Shown: positions 14,070 through 26,362 of the stretch, in pieces
Layout of the letters: each line of letters begins with the position of its first letter
Numbering within the stretch: position 1 is the first letter of the stretch
Origin: Octopus bimaculoides
Taxonomy: Eukaryota
Reading direction: 5' to 3'
Assembly (NCBI RefSeq): GCF_001194135.2
Contig: NC_068998.1
Coordinates: forward strand, 24,190,313-24,254,312
Length of the DNA: 64,000 nucleotides
Notes under the pieces: generated by a model
Database searches by the model: none
Told to the model about the DNA's origin: nothing
Seen by the model: the letters and a program-made list of their open reading frames with translations, nothing else
Position numbers and translations under genes: made by a program

Positions 14070-14421
14070 GGATCGTTACCAGCATTGCCTTACTGGCACT
14101 TGTGCTGGCGGCACGAATAAACATTCGAGCGATGTCGTTTCCAGTGCTGCTGGACTGGCGCCTGTGCAGGTGGCATGTAAAAAAACCTTTTGAGTGCGGC
14201 CGTTGCCAGTACCGCCTGACTGGCCCTCATGCCTGTGGCACATAAAAGCACCCACAACACTCTCGGAGTAGTTGGCATTAAGAAGGGATTTCAGCTGTAG
14301 AAACTCTGCCAGATCAAATTGGAGCCTGGTGCAGCCATCTGGTTCACCAATCCTCAGTCAAATCGTTCAATCCATGCTAGCATGGAAAGCAGACATTAAA
14401 CGATGATGATGATGATGATGA
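14070..14421 (+). mobile_element. SINE-type element with (GAT)n tail
   Basis: gttggcattaagaagggatttcagctgtagaaac...catgctagcatggaaagcagacattaaacgatgatgatgat; same family as 50290-50505. Confidence 0.85.
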
Positions 14422-16022
14422 TAACAAATGAAGAGAATAAGTTCAACAAAATACCTTCATCCATTTTCTCCACAATTAAAGTTCAATTCTTGACCTAATC
14501 AATTTGCTTTATTATTTGAGGATTTGAGGATTGATACATTTGATGCCAGTCAAAATCCAGTATGAATTCAATGTCTTACACCCACCTCCCTTGTGAATGT
14601 GAGATTTTATGGAGTCAAGGCAAGAACTTATTAATATTATTAAGAGACTTTGTGAGTAGAAGTATGTTTTAAAACAAAATTTTTGGTGGTCTATAAGAAT
14701 TATGCAATTTTTTGTCTTTTTGTTTGTTAGCCTGTTTTCATTTTATTAGAAGCAGAAGAGCAATGCCCATGGCTACATTAAGGCACCTATAACTAGTTAA
14801 AGGGAGAAGGGAGAGTCAAAGGTATGTGATGTGGGTAATCTGAGCACTTTATTTTAGGCCTAGTTCAAATCCTGCTTTTGTAAGACAAATTTGTCTGGTG
14901 CTTATGGTGCCTATAATATAAGTGCCAATCAGGAAATGATTTTGATTATTTTAACATCTCTCCAAAACTTGTGAATGGTCAATTATTATTATTAGCATTG
15001 ATTATCTTAGAAAATCCTTAGAATTGCAATTGGTGTTTTTGCATAGTCCTGATTGAATAGACCAAAAGACATAACCATTTCAACTATAACTATTTCTACA
15101 TTTTCCTAAGTGTATAAACTCAAGACTACATTATGCAATGTGTCATTTTTGCTAAAATGGTAGAATATGATTGAAGCGAGATTAACAGAAACAGAAGTGG
15201 GATGAACTAAATATATTGCATTATTTCTTGACTTGCATTTATGCTCTGAGACCAAATCTCACCAAAGTCATTTTTATAAAGTCAATAAAATTAAGTCATT
15301 TTCTTCCAAAGTCAATAAAATAAATACCAGTAATATAACAAACTCCTGTGAAATATTTCTGACTGAACCAATGTTAGAAATCAGTATTAATAATAAAAAT
15401 TTGAATTAACACTTTTTTTTTTATTAAACTTGTCTCTCTGGATTTGGAATCCTGTCAATATAAAAGAATTTTTATGGCAAAATGATGAGCAGGGGAAAAA
15501 TTTTAAGTGAATTTACATCACAGTAAAATATCCATTGAGTGGTGTTTTTAGTATAAAAATATTGCCATTTCAGTGATACTGACACATAAAAATGTTGTGC
15601 CATTCCCCTCTCACCTACCATCATATTTAATGATGAAAAATGGCTTCTTGCAGTTGTACTAACATGTAATGGGAATAAGCAGCAGGGGCTAGTGACAGAA
15701 GAGGCCATAGCAAATAGAGAAAGCAACACTGATGTCACAGTTGTAATAGTTTTTCTATAAAGAATATTATATTACAGGCAACTGCAACTATAAAATTATA
15801 ATGGAGCTTTTCTACAAGGTTGTTGAACCAGCTAGAAATAACATCCAATTATCATTTCAATTATACCCTAGAATTTTGAAAAAAAAAAGGGGGAGAACAT
15901 ATTAGAAAATGTACACTGTACCACAGTATACATGAAAAAGTAAGGATGATCATGATTAGACAGTCTTTGGTCATAGATACATTCGATAAAAGCTAATCTA
16001 AGACAAAACATCAACAGTATTT

Positions 16023-16235
16023 TAGCAGTAAGATGGCAGAACTGTTAGAACACCAGGCAAAATGCTTAATTACATTTCGTCCATCTTTATGTTTTGAGTT
16101 CAAATTCTGCTGATGTCAACTTTGCCTTTCATCCTTTTGAGATCTCTCAAATATGTACCGGTTGAACACTGGCGTCAATGTAATCCACTTGCTTCTTCCC
16201 TCAAAATTGCTGACCTTGTGTGAAAATGTGAAACT
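16023..16235 (+). mobile_element. Meta-like SINE
   Basis: ggcagaactgttag...ttgagttcaaattc...gtcaactttgcctttcatcc. Confidence 0.85.
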
Positions 16236-16247
16236 AATATTAAGCCA

Positions 16248-16354
16248 TTCTATATTTTTGAGAAGAGGAATTATTTACATTATTTTCAAATTTCTGCCTG
16301 GTATTGAACTTAGAATCTAAGGGTTAGCAGCCTGTGCTCTTATTCACTATGCTA
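16248..16354 (-). mobile_element. Inverted, internally deleted copy (tRNA head joined to 3' terminus) of the hammerhead-bearing SINE
   Basis: 16294-16354 is the reverse complement of the head at 16375-16436; 16248-16285 is the reverse complement of the 3' end seen at 62415-62452 (aataatgtacataattcctcatctc...aatatagaa). Confidence 0.8.
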
Positions 16355-16374
16355 CATGCACTATGCTATACATA

Positions 16375-16636
16375 TAGCATAGTGGATAAGAGCATGGGCT
16401 ACTAACACTCAGATTCTATGTTCTATCCCAGGCAGGGACTTGAAAAATAATATCAACAAAAAAACATCAGCAACATACCTTAGGAATTAGAACAGCATAC
16501 CCTATTGGTCAAATAAAGGGTTAGGTTTGAAATTCCACTAGAATACTTGATGAAGCCTGGAGAGTACATCTGCCGAAACATTGTGATAACAACAAACAAG
16601 ATGAGGACACCTATCTGTCCTTTGTAAATAATGTAA
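16375..16636 (+). mobile_element. tRNA-headed SINE with degenerate hammerhead ribozyme motif (copy 1)
   Basis: Head tagcatagtggataagagcatgggctactaac; colinear with 62167-62410, including ttgatga-agcctg...ctgcc-gaaacattgtg and aacaacaaacaagatgaggac. Confidence 0.8.
16542..16587 (+). ncRNA. Degenerate type I minimal hammerhead ribozyme motif
   Basis: aatac TTGATGA a gcctg..ctgcc GAAAC att gtgat; C3>U and stem mismatches relative to the canonical core. Confidence 0.4.
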
Positions 16637-16721
16637 CATTAAGCGAGTTGGAGGCCATGTACATATCCACCAGATCTTCTGTAAATAACAGCCAAATTTC
16701 CTATAAATTATGTGTATATTA

Positions 16722-16935
16722 TTATGGCCGGGTTCCAACCTGGATTGTAGCAACAAAGTCTACCTGCCACACTTCTTGGTCCATCATCACTGCCTTGATG
16801 TCCTGGATACATTCCAGGCCAGTGTCTGCAAACAAGTTGTTGATGTAAGTCTGACAATGTTTTCCTCTTCTAACATGAAGTGAGTTCCACAAGACTAATT
16901 TGGATGCTTCCAGTTCAGGGCAACACACACAGTGA
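16722..16935 (-). mobile_element. RTE-clade LINE, RT C-terminal fragment
   Basis: ORF 16722-16928: ASKLVLWNSLHVRRGKHCQTYINNLFADTGLECIQDIKAVMMDQEVW, matching the RTE C-terminal pattern LVLW.P.HG...RG...TY...L..DTGL.....M.DR..W. Confidence 0.75.
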
Positions 16936-17108
16936 CCAGATAGTTGCAGCTGCCTTTACTTAATATTCTCACTAACTTTCAGCAGATCCCCATAAAGGCA
17001 TTCATTTTATCATATGTTGCTGCTATTTCACATTTAGGGTCATTCATAGCATCCTTGTGTAGCATCTATTTATGTATACTAAGTTGGAAAGGGAAGGATG
17101 CTTTACAT

Positions 17109-17367
17109 CAGTGGTTCTCAACCATTTTTCCTTATGGAACCTTTTAGATCGTATTTTATGCTACTGGAACTCCATAGCCATTCAATGTATATAACAAAAT
17201 ATCCGACTTTATTTTTATAATTAAGTATTATTAGAGATTGTATTTAAAAAATTGATAAAATATTTTGTGTATTGTAAAAGTATAAACAATTTATTGTACA
17301 TAAATTTTAACAACAAAATCTTATGTGAACCCCCAAAGGCCAAATGTTCCCCAATTAAGACCCACTG
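17109..17367. mobile_element. hAT-superfamily MITE (Charlie-like TIRs)
   Basis: TIRs cagtggttctcaacc / aattaagacccactg; 8-bp TSD ctttacat (17101-17108) and cattacat (17368-17375), 7 of 8 identical. Confidence 0.85.
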
Positions 17368-17912
17368 CATTACATTAACTAGACTTAGATATAGATACAC
17401 TATACACTCAATGAATTATTGGGTCTTGACTTGGCTGTCATTGATTATAGATCTACTCCTTTAGGGCTAACCTTAGGATTAAACAATAACATTGTATGTT
17501 GTTATATGATGATGTTCTTTAAGTGACAATCCTTCCAAATTTCACTCAAGCACATTCATACATCAAAATTTTAGAAATGTCATATGTAGGAATCAGAGAG
17601 TGAAGTAAAATAAATATTTAGATGGATCATCTAGTTTACTTTGAGAGGTGAGTGTTCACAACAGATAACTAAGGTAAATCAACCAACACAACAACTTTGC
17701 AGTGACAGCTCAAAAAAATAATAATACCCAAGTTAAAAGATGGATGGTAGTTTTGCATTTGAAATACATAAGATGGTATTATAACTGATATGACATTATA
17801 ATTTAGATTTCACTTACCCTATTTTATACAATTATTTGTGAAAGAAATATCGATGGTTAACCTCTGAAAGTTAAACAAACTAATATTGGGTTAAGCATCT
17901 TTATCTTTTATG

Positions 17913-18105
17913 TGATTCAGTCATTGGGCTGCAGCAATGTGGGAGCACTGCCTTGAAGAATTTTTAGTCAAATGAATAAACCCAGAACTTCTTTTATTAA
18001 GCCTAGTACTTATTCTATCCGTCACTTTTGTCACTGAATTATGGGGATGCAAAAACACCAACACTGATTGCCACATGGTGTGTGTGTGGGGGAGACAACC
18101 CCCCA
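17913..18105 (-). mobile_element. CORE-like SINE, 3' half
   Basis: ttcagtcattgggctgcagcaatgtgggagcactgcc...gcctagtacttattctatc. Confidence 0.8.
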
Positions 18106-18768
18106 CACACACACACACACACATAAATACAGAGCCAACAGATGAGATCCAGAGATGCTCAATACGGAAAACACTTAGTAGCCTTCAAATGATTTGAATT
18201 TACTCTCTGAAATCTTTACCTAATGTTTATATTCTTCCACTATTGGTTTCATATCCGTAACTTTTTGTGAACTATATCTGCCAACATTATGACATAATTC
18301 TGAACCCCCCCCCCCCCAGAAATAACTGTTGGACCTCTAATACCTTACTTTCTCCCCATAATTTTTTTTTGTCTTTTTATTCTGTGTTAGTTAATATATG
18401 AATATCTATATATTTATACATGAAAATTCATCACCTGGATATTTTTGGTCTTCGTTTTCTCTCTTTTTACATGTATATCATCATCATCATCGGACATTAA
18501 ACAATGATGATGATGATATACATGTAAAAAGTGAGAAAACAAAGACTGAAAATATTCAGGTGATGAACAGTCAGATTTACACAGTAAAAAGACACAAAAA
18601 ATTAAGGGGAGAAGGTAAGGTAATACAAGTCCAACATCTATTTCTAGGGGCTCAGAATTGCATCATAATGTTGACAAATATATATATGTGTGTATGCATA
18701 TTTTATATATCTAGCCCAATTAGTTTTATTATCTGTTTGTTTGCATTTTTGTCTACATATATATAGAG

Positions 18769-19380
18769 TACAGGGAATATACTGCCGTCTAAATTATGCA
18801 AAAATGAAAATAACACTGACATCTCATTTTACCAGACAAAACTACATAAAGATATCATGAAATACTAAAGAGTAAATTTATTTGATAAAATCGCCATTGG
18901 CTTCAACCATGGCATCCAGACGACTTTGGAATCTCCTACACCTCTTCTGTATGGTCTCCTTGTTTTAAGGGAATAAATGCAGCCATAATCCTTGCCTTCA
19001 GTTCATATTTGGTGTTACAAGGAGTTTTGTTGATCTCTCACTCAACTGCACCCACACATAATAATCCAAGGGGTTGCAGTCTGAGGTGTTAGGTGGCCTG
19101 ATGTTATGGGGTGATGTGGTCACAGAAATTGTATGACACCCATGACTGGGTTCTCTTGCTTGTGTGGCATGGTGCAGAGTCCTGTTGTAAGACATAAGGT
19201 TTTCCAGCAGCCACCCTCTTGACCCAGGGCAACACTACCTCCTCCAGGCACTTGATGTAGGCCTCTGTGTTGAGTGTGAGGCTGTGTGGAAAGATGAATG
19301 GGGTAATAACATCACCATCACTAGTGATTACTTAACTGGATGTTTGATTTTTATCACTCTCGGTACATGTCCTCAGATTG
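18769..19380 (-). mobile_element. Tc1/mariner DD37D (maT-family) transposon, 3' part with frameshifted transposase
   Basis: Minus-strand translation across a frameshift: VITSDGDVITPFIFPHSLTLNTEAYIKCLEEVVLPWVKRVAAGKPYVLQQDSAPCHTSKRTQSW...NIRPPNTSDCNPLDYYVW; the D(QQD)-to-D(PLD) spacing is about 37 aa; terminus TA-CAGGG at 18769. Confidence 0.85.
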
Positions 19381-19525
19381 CACTATCCTCAGATTGACAT
19401 CCAAACACTTTGAAATGTTCATATTGAAGCTTCCAGCATAAATACCAAGCAGTACAAATATAAAATATAAAATGGCGACAATTTACCCATCACACCCTAT
19501 TTGTATATATATGTATATATATATA

Positions 19526-19564
<39 letters not shown>

Positions 19565-19567
<3 letters not shown>

Positions 19568-19712
19568 AGGCAGTTTTCAGTTTCCACCTACCAAATTCAC
19601 TCATCAGCCCAAGACTATTGTAGTAGACATTTGCGCAAGGTTCTAGACAGTGAGGATGAACCCAGAACCATATGGTTGGGAAGCAAACTTCTTACCACCC
19701 AGCCAAGTCTAT
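19565..19712 (-). mobile_element. CORE-like SINE, 5' half
   Basis: ttttcagtttccacctaccaaattcactca...gacatttgcgcaagg...gaaccatatggttggg. Confidence 0.8.
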
Positions 19713-19764
19713 ACCTATGTTAAAAAAACAATTTTAAAAATTTATGAATATATGTGTGCTTATC

Positions 19765-19840
19765 ATCAACATCAGCAACAGCATCATAAGCACCACCACC
19801 ACCATCGTCACCACCACCATCATCATCATCATCATAATCA
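19765..19840. repeat. (CAT/CAC/CAG)n tract
   Basis: Direct sequence; produces a spurious poly-His ORF. Confidence 0.9.
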
Positions 19841-21278
19841 TTCTACATCTGTTTCTCTATGTTTGTTTAGACCAGCAAGTTTTCTCCAGCACAGTATCTT
19901 ATTGTAGTCCTGTGTCATGTGTTTCATAATTTCAGTTTCTTGAGAGTTGCCTTAACCACTACTTCTCATGCACCCCACTTCGACCTTCCCTTTTTGCAAG
20001 TTTCTTCCAATTATATAAACTTGGCACTTCATTATACAAACACCTTCTACTTATTAATTTATATGCTAAGGTTCTGTTGTGGTCTGGAATAATTAAATAT
20101 GTGCTTGCAAATCAAGCCATCTTATAAATATGAATTGGGAAACCTATAGTAATCATACAATGCTTACTCATTCTGAAGTGACAAAGTGCCTAATTGATTA
20201 GCTATTAAGCCAAGTTAATTTAAAATTCTCTGAAGGGATTTCATTATGTTTTAGGAAAACGGCTTTTATTCTACATTACTTTAGACCATCTAATTCTCAG
20301 AAATGTGTGCAAGGGCATATACAAATATAATCATCATTTGATATGTAATTGGTAATTAAAACTCATAATGATATGTTTGTAAACGATTTTGATCTGTCAG
20401 CTGAAGGGTAAAGATAATTTAATGTTTAACAGCAGAGCAGTTAAGTCTTGTATTTGGCTGCATGTTGCATCCAATAGGAAATGCAAAGCAACTACTCAAT
20501 TCTCCAACCACCTTCTGTGTTGTGCATCAACTTTCATCAAGAATTTTATAAGCGACAGTGGTTTAATGGCTAGTATTTTTCTTTCTGTATCAAATACTAT
20601 TCATTATTATTCTTTAACAATAAGTATCCCTTCCCAATATAGATCCTTTATTTTCATTTGCATAACTCTCAGTACTTGATTGGGAAAATTGTGAATCCAG
20701 ATGTTTCACAATGTGCTATAATAACAGTTGGGATTCCCATTACACACTTTAATTTTATGATATTGAGTGGTAATGAGAGTATTTCAAATGTTGGACTTTA
20801 CTAATAATTTTGAATTATGTTGGCTTCAATGCTCAAAGCTGTCTCCAGAACAATATTCTCCAGTTACAAGTTCTCATCTCATAAATGGCTCTTATTAAGA
20901 GAATTCTTCCAAATGAAATTTCCTTCTTTCATCAACTTGTTGCTTCACCTCAGCCAACATAGTGTTACACTTCTCATTGATATTACTTTGTTGAAATAGT
21001 CTGAAATTCTACTTGTGGGGTCACAGGAAAACACATAAGACAGCACATTCTCAAGGTTAATACATAATACAAGCCTCGCACAATAGGCATAACATCTCAA
21101 ATTCTTCTCAACAAAACTGAGGGTTTATTTTATATTATTTGTCCACATCGTACGAGCATTAAATGTTCCAAGATATTTCTTCAGGATTAAAACAAACACC
21201 AGCTATAGTATAATCTAAATATATTCCATAATGTAGACTACATTAGACAATAAAGTAAAGTAAAAAGATATCTAAATT

Positions 21279-21700
21279 TCTTGTACTTTTATTCGTTTCA
21301 GTCATTTGAGTGCAACCACGCTGGAGCACCACCTTGCAGGATTTTAGTTGAACATTTCAACCCTAGGACTTTTCTGAGCCTAGTACTTATTTTATCAGTC
21401 ACTTTTGCTGAACTGCTATGTTACAGGGATGTAAACACACCAACACTGGTTGTCAAACAGCAAGAGGAAATAAACACAGGCACAAAGACAAACATACACA
21501 TAAATATATACTGTACACAAACACATACACACACACATATAAACACAATGGACTTCTTTCAGTTTCCATCTCCCAAATCCACTCACAAGGTTTTAGTAGG
21601 CCCATGGCTATAGCAGAAGACACTTGCCCAAGGTGCCATGCAGTGAGATTGTACCCAGAACCATGTGGTTAGGAATCAAGCTTCTTACCACTCAGCCATG
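21279..21700 (-). mobile_element. CORE-like SINE
   Basis: Full reverse-complement copy of the 941-1428 family. Confidence 0.9.
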
Positions 21701-21784
21701 CAAACACCTAACAAATAAGCCTTTACCTACAAACACATTTCCACAGCAATCAACTTTTAAACTGAAGTTAATAATATTTTCTGC

Positions 21785-21990
21785 TATCGGCACAAGGACT
21801 GAAATTTTTGGGGAAGGGGCAAGTCGATTACTTAGACCCCAGTACTCAACTGGTATTTAATTTATTGACCCCGAAAGGATGAAAGGCAAAGTCGACCACA
21901 GTGGAATTTCAACACAGAACATAGCAGCCGACGAAATACCACTATGCATTTTGCCCAGTGTGCAAACGATTCTGCCATCTCGCCACCTTC
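21785..21990 (-). mobile_element. Meta-like SINE
   Basis: ggcacaagg...gaccccgaaaggatgaaaggcaaagtcgacc...gattctgccatctcgccacc. Confidence 0.9.
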
Positions 21991-22217
21991 CTCTGAAGTT
22001 AATAATAATGTGCTACAAGTAATAAGTACATAGTTATCCCTGGTGTGGGAAATCTTAATTATTAACTTTCAGCTTGAGAAAATGCAAATTAAACCAGCTT
22101 TTCACTCCACTAAAATACTGTACAAAATAGCACAAAGGAAGATGTATAAGAATTATTACAATAGTCACTAATGATATCTAAATATAAACCAGTTAAATTA
22201 TTTCAGTTATTTTTTTC

Positions 22218-22595
22218 CGTTTACTTGTTTCAGTCATTTGACTGCAGCCATGCTGGAGCACTGCCTTGATGCGTTTTTGTTGAACAATTTGACCCCAGGA
22301 CTCTTTTTTTTAAGCTTAGTACTTATTCTATCAGTCTCTTATGCTGAATTGCTAAGTTATGAGGATGTAAATGCACCAATGTCAATTGTCAAATGAAGAT
22401 GAAGGGACAAACACTGATATAAAGGCATACACACACATACATATAAACATACAGGGATGTAAACACACCAACATCAGTTTTCATGCAGCAATGGGGGCCA
22501 AACACAGATACAAAGCACACACACACACACACACACACATATATAAAACAGGCTTATTTCAGTTTCCGTCTTCCAAATCCACTCACAAGGCTTTG
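22218..22595 (-). mobile_element. CORE-like SINE (5'-truncated, with a short internal duplication)
   Basis: ttacttgtttcagtcatttgactgcagccatgctggagcac...ttcagtttccgtcttccaaatccactcacaagg; gatgtaaa-acacca block occurs twice. Confidence 0.85.
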
Positions 22596-23084
22596 TCTAC
22601 ATTTTTTTTTTTTTTTTTACTTTATAACAGATAGTAAACAATTTCAATTCTTTACAGATTATTGAAAAATGCTAGTTCTAATACAAACCATTCTCTTCAA
22701 ACCCATACATTGTTAGTCAAAAATAAAGGATTGCATGAGATGGACAATAATCACATGAATTTACCAAAAGCTGTGATGGCCATGTCTGGAATGCCTTTCA
22801 TCAAAGAGTAGCTCAACCAGAGCTGGTCTACAGTTAAATAAACAGTATTAGTCAAATTCTGAAATATACCAAAGACAATTCTAAATGACTTTTTTTATGT
22901 TTTTTTTTTCCTTAAAGAAAGTCAAAATTCTTATACAAAACTTATAATGTGCTGCAGATACATTTTAAACAAAACGAATTGCCTATAAAATCTGGAGACC
23001 CTTCAGCTGACAGTAATCATGTGGTACTTTCTCTTCCTCAGCTCTTCACCGTTTCATCTCATTTTCATTGTTACTTCAATAGGA

Positions 23085-23250
23085 ATAAAACTATTTTCTG
23101 CTCTGTGGAGTGGTTGGCAATAAGAAGGGTGTCCAGCCATAGAACACATGCCAGACAAACATGGTGTGGCCCCTGGCCTTACCATTTCCTATCAAGCTAT
23201 CCAACTTATGCCAGTATGAAAAACGGACATTAAATGTTGATGATGATATT
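23085..23250 (+). mobile_element. (GAT)n-tail SINE, 3' fragment
   Basis: ggagtggttggcaataagaagggtgtccagcc...ggacattaaatgttgatgatgat. Confidence 0.75.
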
Positions 23251-23339
23251 TTTCCATGTATGTTTAGAAATAGTTATTTTCATGTAAAAAGGTGATCATG
23301 TTGCATGTTCTCCTCTGTTTCCTTAATGCTGCTTTTTTG

Positions 23340-24480
23340 TGTGTGAAAAAGTCTGCAGGAACTCAGTCTCAGGTGATAATATAAAAATTGATAGGAGAAT
23401 TAATTTCACATTACAGAATTTTGCATTACAACCAGATTTAGGAAATGCATTACTTCCATAAAGCAAAAGCTTCCTGTATATGTCTCAGACAACACCAGCT
23501 AAACAACTGCAGCAAAAATAAATATATAAACCTAATGATGGAAAGTGAAGAAATCAGCAGCCTACAAGGTGGCAGTGAGTTCTCCAGGAACTATTCTATT
23601 CCTGATGACTTCCCATACAACAACAAAACAACTGGACTCATATATCTCAAAGATGTGGATGTGAAATACTTAACATGCCCAAAACAGATTATGCATGAGT
23701 ATGTTTCTTGAAGACTTGAGGATGACAAAAATATTGACATGAAATGCAGCCATTTTTAGACTTACAACTACTTCATCACATCATACTAGAAAGACTATAC
23801 ATTTGAAATCCAAGGACATGGGATTGCTACAAAATACCTTATGAATAAAAGAGAAACTGAAGGCTTTGAATCCTTTGATGCCCAAATTGCAACTGTTGAC
23901 TATGTTACATTTGCCATATGTTGACTATGTCACATTTCTGTGGAAGACGTTATACATGATCAACCACTGCCCAAATATATCATCAAGTTACATTCTCCCA
24001 GTGCAACATGGCATTGTCACTAAAAGAATATACATCTATAAAAATGACTGGGATAAATATAAAGAATCCCCTGATATTGGATACAAACACAAAGAATATT
24101 TGTGAAACATTCATAGTGAACTTCTACCAAGCAAAGTACAACAGGTTAGATATAACTGTTTAAGACAGACAAGAAAACATTTGTGCCATTATAAAGGTCA
24201 ATTGCCCTGTTAATGTGAATATGCCTTTGAAAATCAGAGAGGAAGATGATAAGTACAGACAAGAGCTTCAAAACCTTCAGCTTTTATATCCAAATTATAA
24301 ATTCATATTTTCACCAAAAATAAGAAGCACTCAATAGTGTTCATAAATGCTTAAGTGACAATTTGGAAAGGCTAAGATTTTTCAGAAAAAAAAAATCAAC
24401 CTGCTGACATGCACATTACAAATACAATCTATTAACAGAACAGTAAACTTATGCAAAAATTTCTCAAGCTCAAAATGTGA
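23340..24480 (+). mobile_element. R4/Dong-like non-LTR retrotransposon (restriction-like endonuclease), degenerate 3' ORF
   Basis: Multi-frameshift translation: CICLRQHQLNN.SKNKYI...GIATKYLMNKR...SVEDVIH..CPNISSSYILPVQHGIVTK (decayed zinc knuckle plus RHD-like motif)...VNCPVNVNMPLKIREEDDKYRQELQNLQLLYPNYKFIF (K...K..KY RLE motif). Confidence 0.8.
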
Positions 24481-24616
24481 CACTATTTTGTTATCAACAT
24501 TTCTGTGATGACATTTTGTATGTTTGTTAGAAACCAACTCCTTCCTTATGGGAAAATTTCAAACAATTCAAACTAGAAGCAAATATACATAAATGCATGT
24601 ATTTACATATGTATTT

Positions 24617-25541
24617 ACTAGCTGACATACCCAGTAATTACCGGAAAAGCTGGGCTTGTCCCTTGGTTCTGTTCTCATAATTGTTTCACTAATCCAGTAA
24701 CAACAATACAAAGTATGTAGTCCTTAAAATGGATTTTGTGCATTTACAGAGAATTCCGAACTGTCTTATACAGGATCTTGTTTTTAGGAATTCCCAATAA
24801 GTTACGAATACCCAAATTGTGAAGTCAGTTATGTAATAACATATTTATTACCTGATAGTAAGAATTCCAATAAAGTAACCCCGAAAAGGGCTTTAATGCA
24901 TTCCCAGAGTATATAGAACATAGGAGGAAATACTAATAAGGTATGTAAACTAAAATTGTGAAGCATGTTAAATAATAACAGGCTAATTAGATATGAGATA
25001 ATAACAATTCAAAGTAGATAACTCAAAAAAAAGCTTTTGTGCGTTCACAGAGAATATTACCCTCAGCGGCGCTAGTGTTGGTGTATTCATGAATAAGTCA
25101 CTAACCGAAATAAGTGGATCTATTGTTTAGGAAAATACTATTGATTTGTTAAAGCATTGTACTGGATAAATTGCAAAAATAACTTAAATAGTTCAAATAC
25201 TAAGAAATAACCATACTCAATTTGATTTTACGAAATAATTTACGAACATAAATAGGTTATTTCCCTTGGATATATATAAGGATCCCTTTCAAGAGTGAAT
25301 GGGTTATTTCCCTTGGGTGTTTAAACATAATATATTAATTATATATAGTAGATATAAGAATCCCTTCCAGGGGATCTATTATCGATTTTTTTTCAACAAT
25401 CTTAGTATGTCACCAGTTTTCCAAACATGAGTTCTACTCACATGTCAAGTTTCATCAAAATTGATAAAACTATGTAGGAGGAGTTAGATAACAACGCCAC
25501 AAACAAACACTCCTGCAAATTTCCACATATGTAGTGTAGAT
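24617..25541 (+). mobile_element. Non-autonomous Helitron/Helentron-like element
   Basis: Starts actagctgacatacccag; ends aagtttcatcaaaattg...gttagataacaacgccacaaacaaacac...atatgtagtgtagat, the layout typical of DINE/HINE-like elements; internal ttcccttgg repeats. Confidence 0.6.
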
Positions 25542-26170
25542 GTAATAATTTAAATTCTTTCTAAGGGGAAGAATCTAAATAGTTAAAGATAAAAGAGAAC
25601 ATACATTGATGCATACATACATGCATACATACATACATACATACATATGTACTTGCATGCATGCATACATATTTCTATTGTCTCTTCTCAAACTTACCTT
25701 TCTTTCAAGCTTTAGAACCATTTTTCCATTTCGTTCCCCTTCATCCCATCACTTTTATATCCTTTATATCAGTAATGCTCTGAAAGAGAGATAAGGCTAA
25801 AACCATTACATTCATCGTATTTATCTTCTTTCCTTCAATATTTATTTATAACTGTTTTCTATGCCTTTGTTGTTAAAATTTAGTTTTCTTCCTTAATCTA
25901 TTGTATAACAAGCCAAATTATATAAAATTTGTGTGGAGAATTCAGCTTTGTTAAAAGGTATCCTTGTAGTGTAATGAATATAATTAAATATCCATCTATC
26001 CCTTCTTCTATCACCTTAACCATCCCTCAGTTCTTTATCCACTTATCAATTTAACCATCTGTTCATGCATGTGTATGAGTAGGTATTTTATATACATGAG
26101 TATGTGTTACATGGGTGTGTGGATGCATGTACATTGTACATTGTTACCCTGTCATTATTTCTTTCATCTC

Positions 26171-26362
26171 AAGGCAGCGAGCTGGCAGAATCGTTAGCAT
26201 GTTGGAGGAAATGCTCAGCAGTATTTCGCCTGTTGCTATGTTATGAGTTCAAATTCCACCAGGGTCGATAAATTAAGTGCCAGTTATGTACCTGAGTCGA
26301 TGTAATCGACTAGCCCCCTTCCTCAAAATTTTCAGGCCTTGTGCCTATAGGAGAAATGATTA
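26171..26362 (+). mobile_element. Meta-like SINE (internally deleted)
   Basis: aaggcagcgagctggcagaatcgttagc...gagttcaaattccaccagggtcgataaattaagt. Confidence 0.88.

Noticed and set aside
19650-19907. Poly-His/Gln ORF
   Set aside because: It is a (CAT/CAC)n microsatellite fused to a SINE head; no domain or splice support.
23595-23620. CTGATGA motif
   Set aside because: It lies inside the R4-like ORF with no matching stem or GAAA; chance occurrence.
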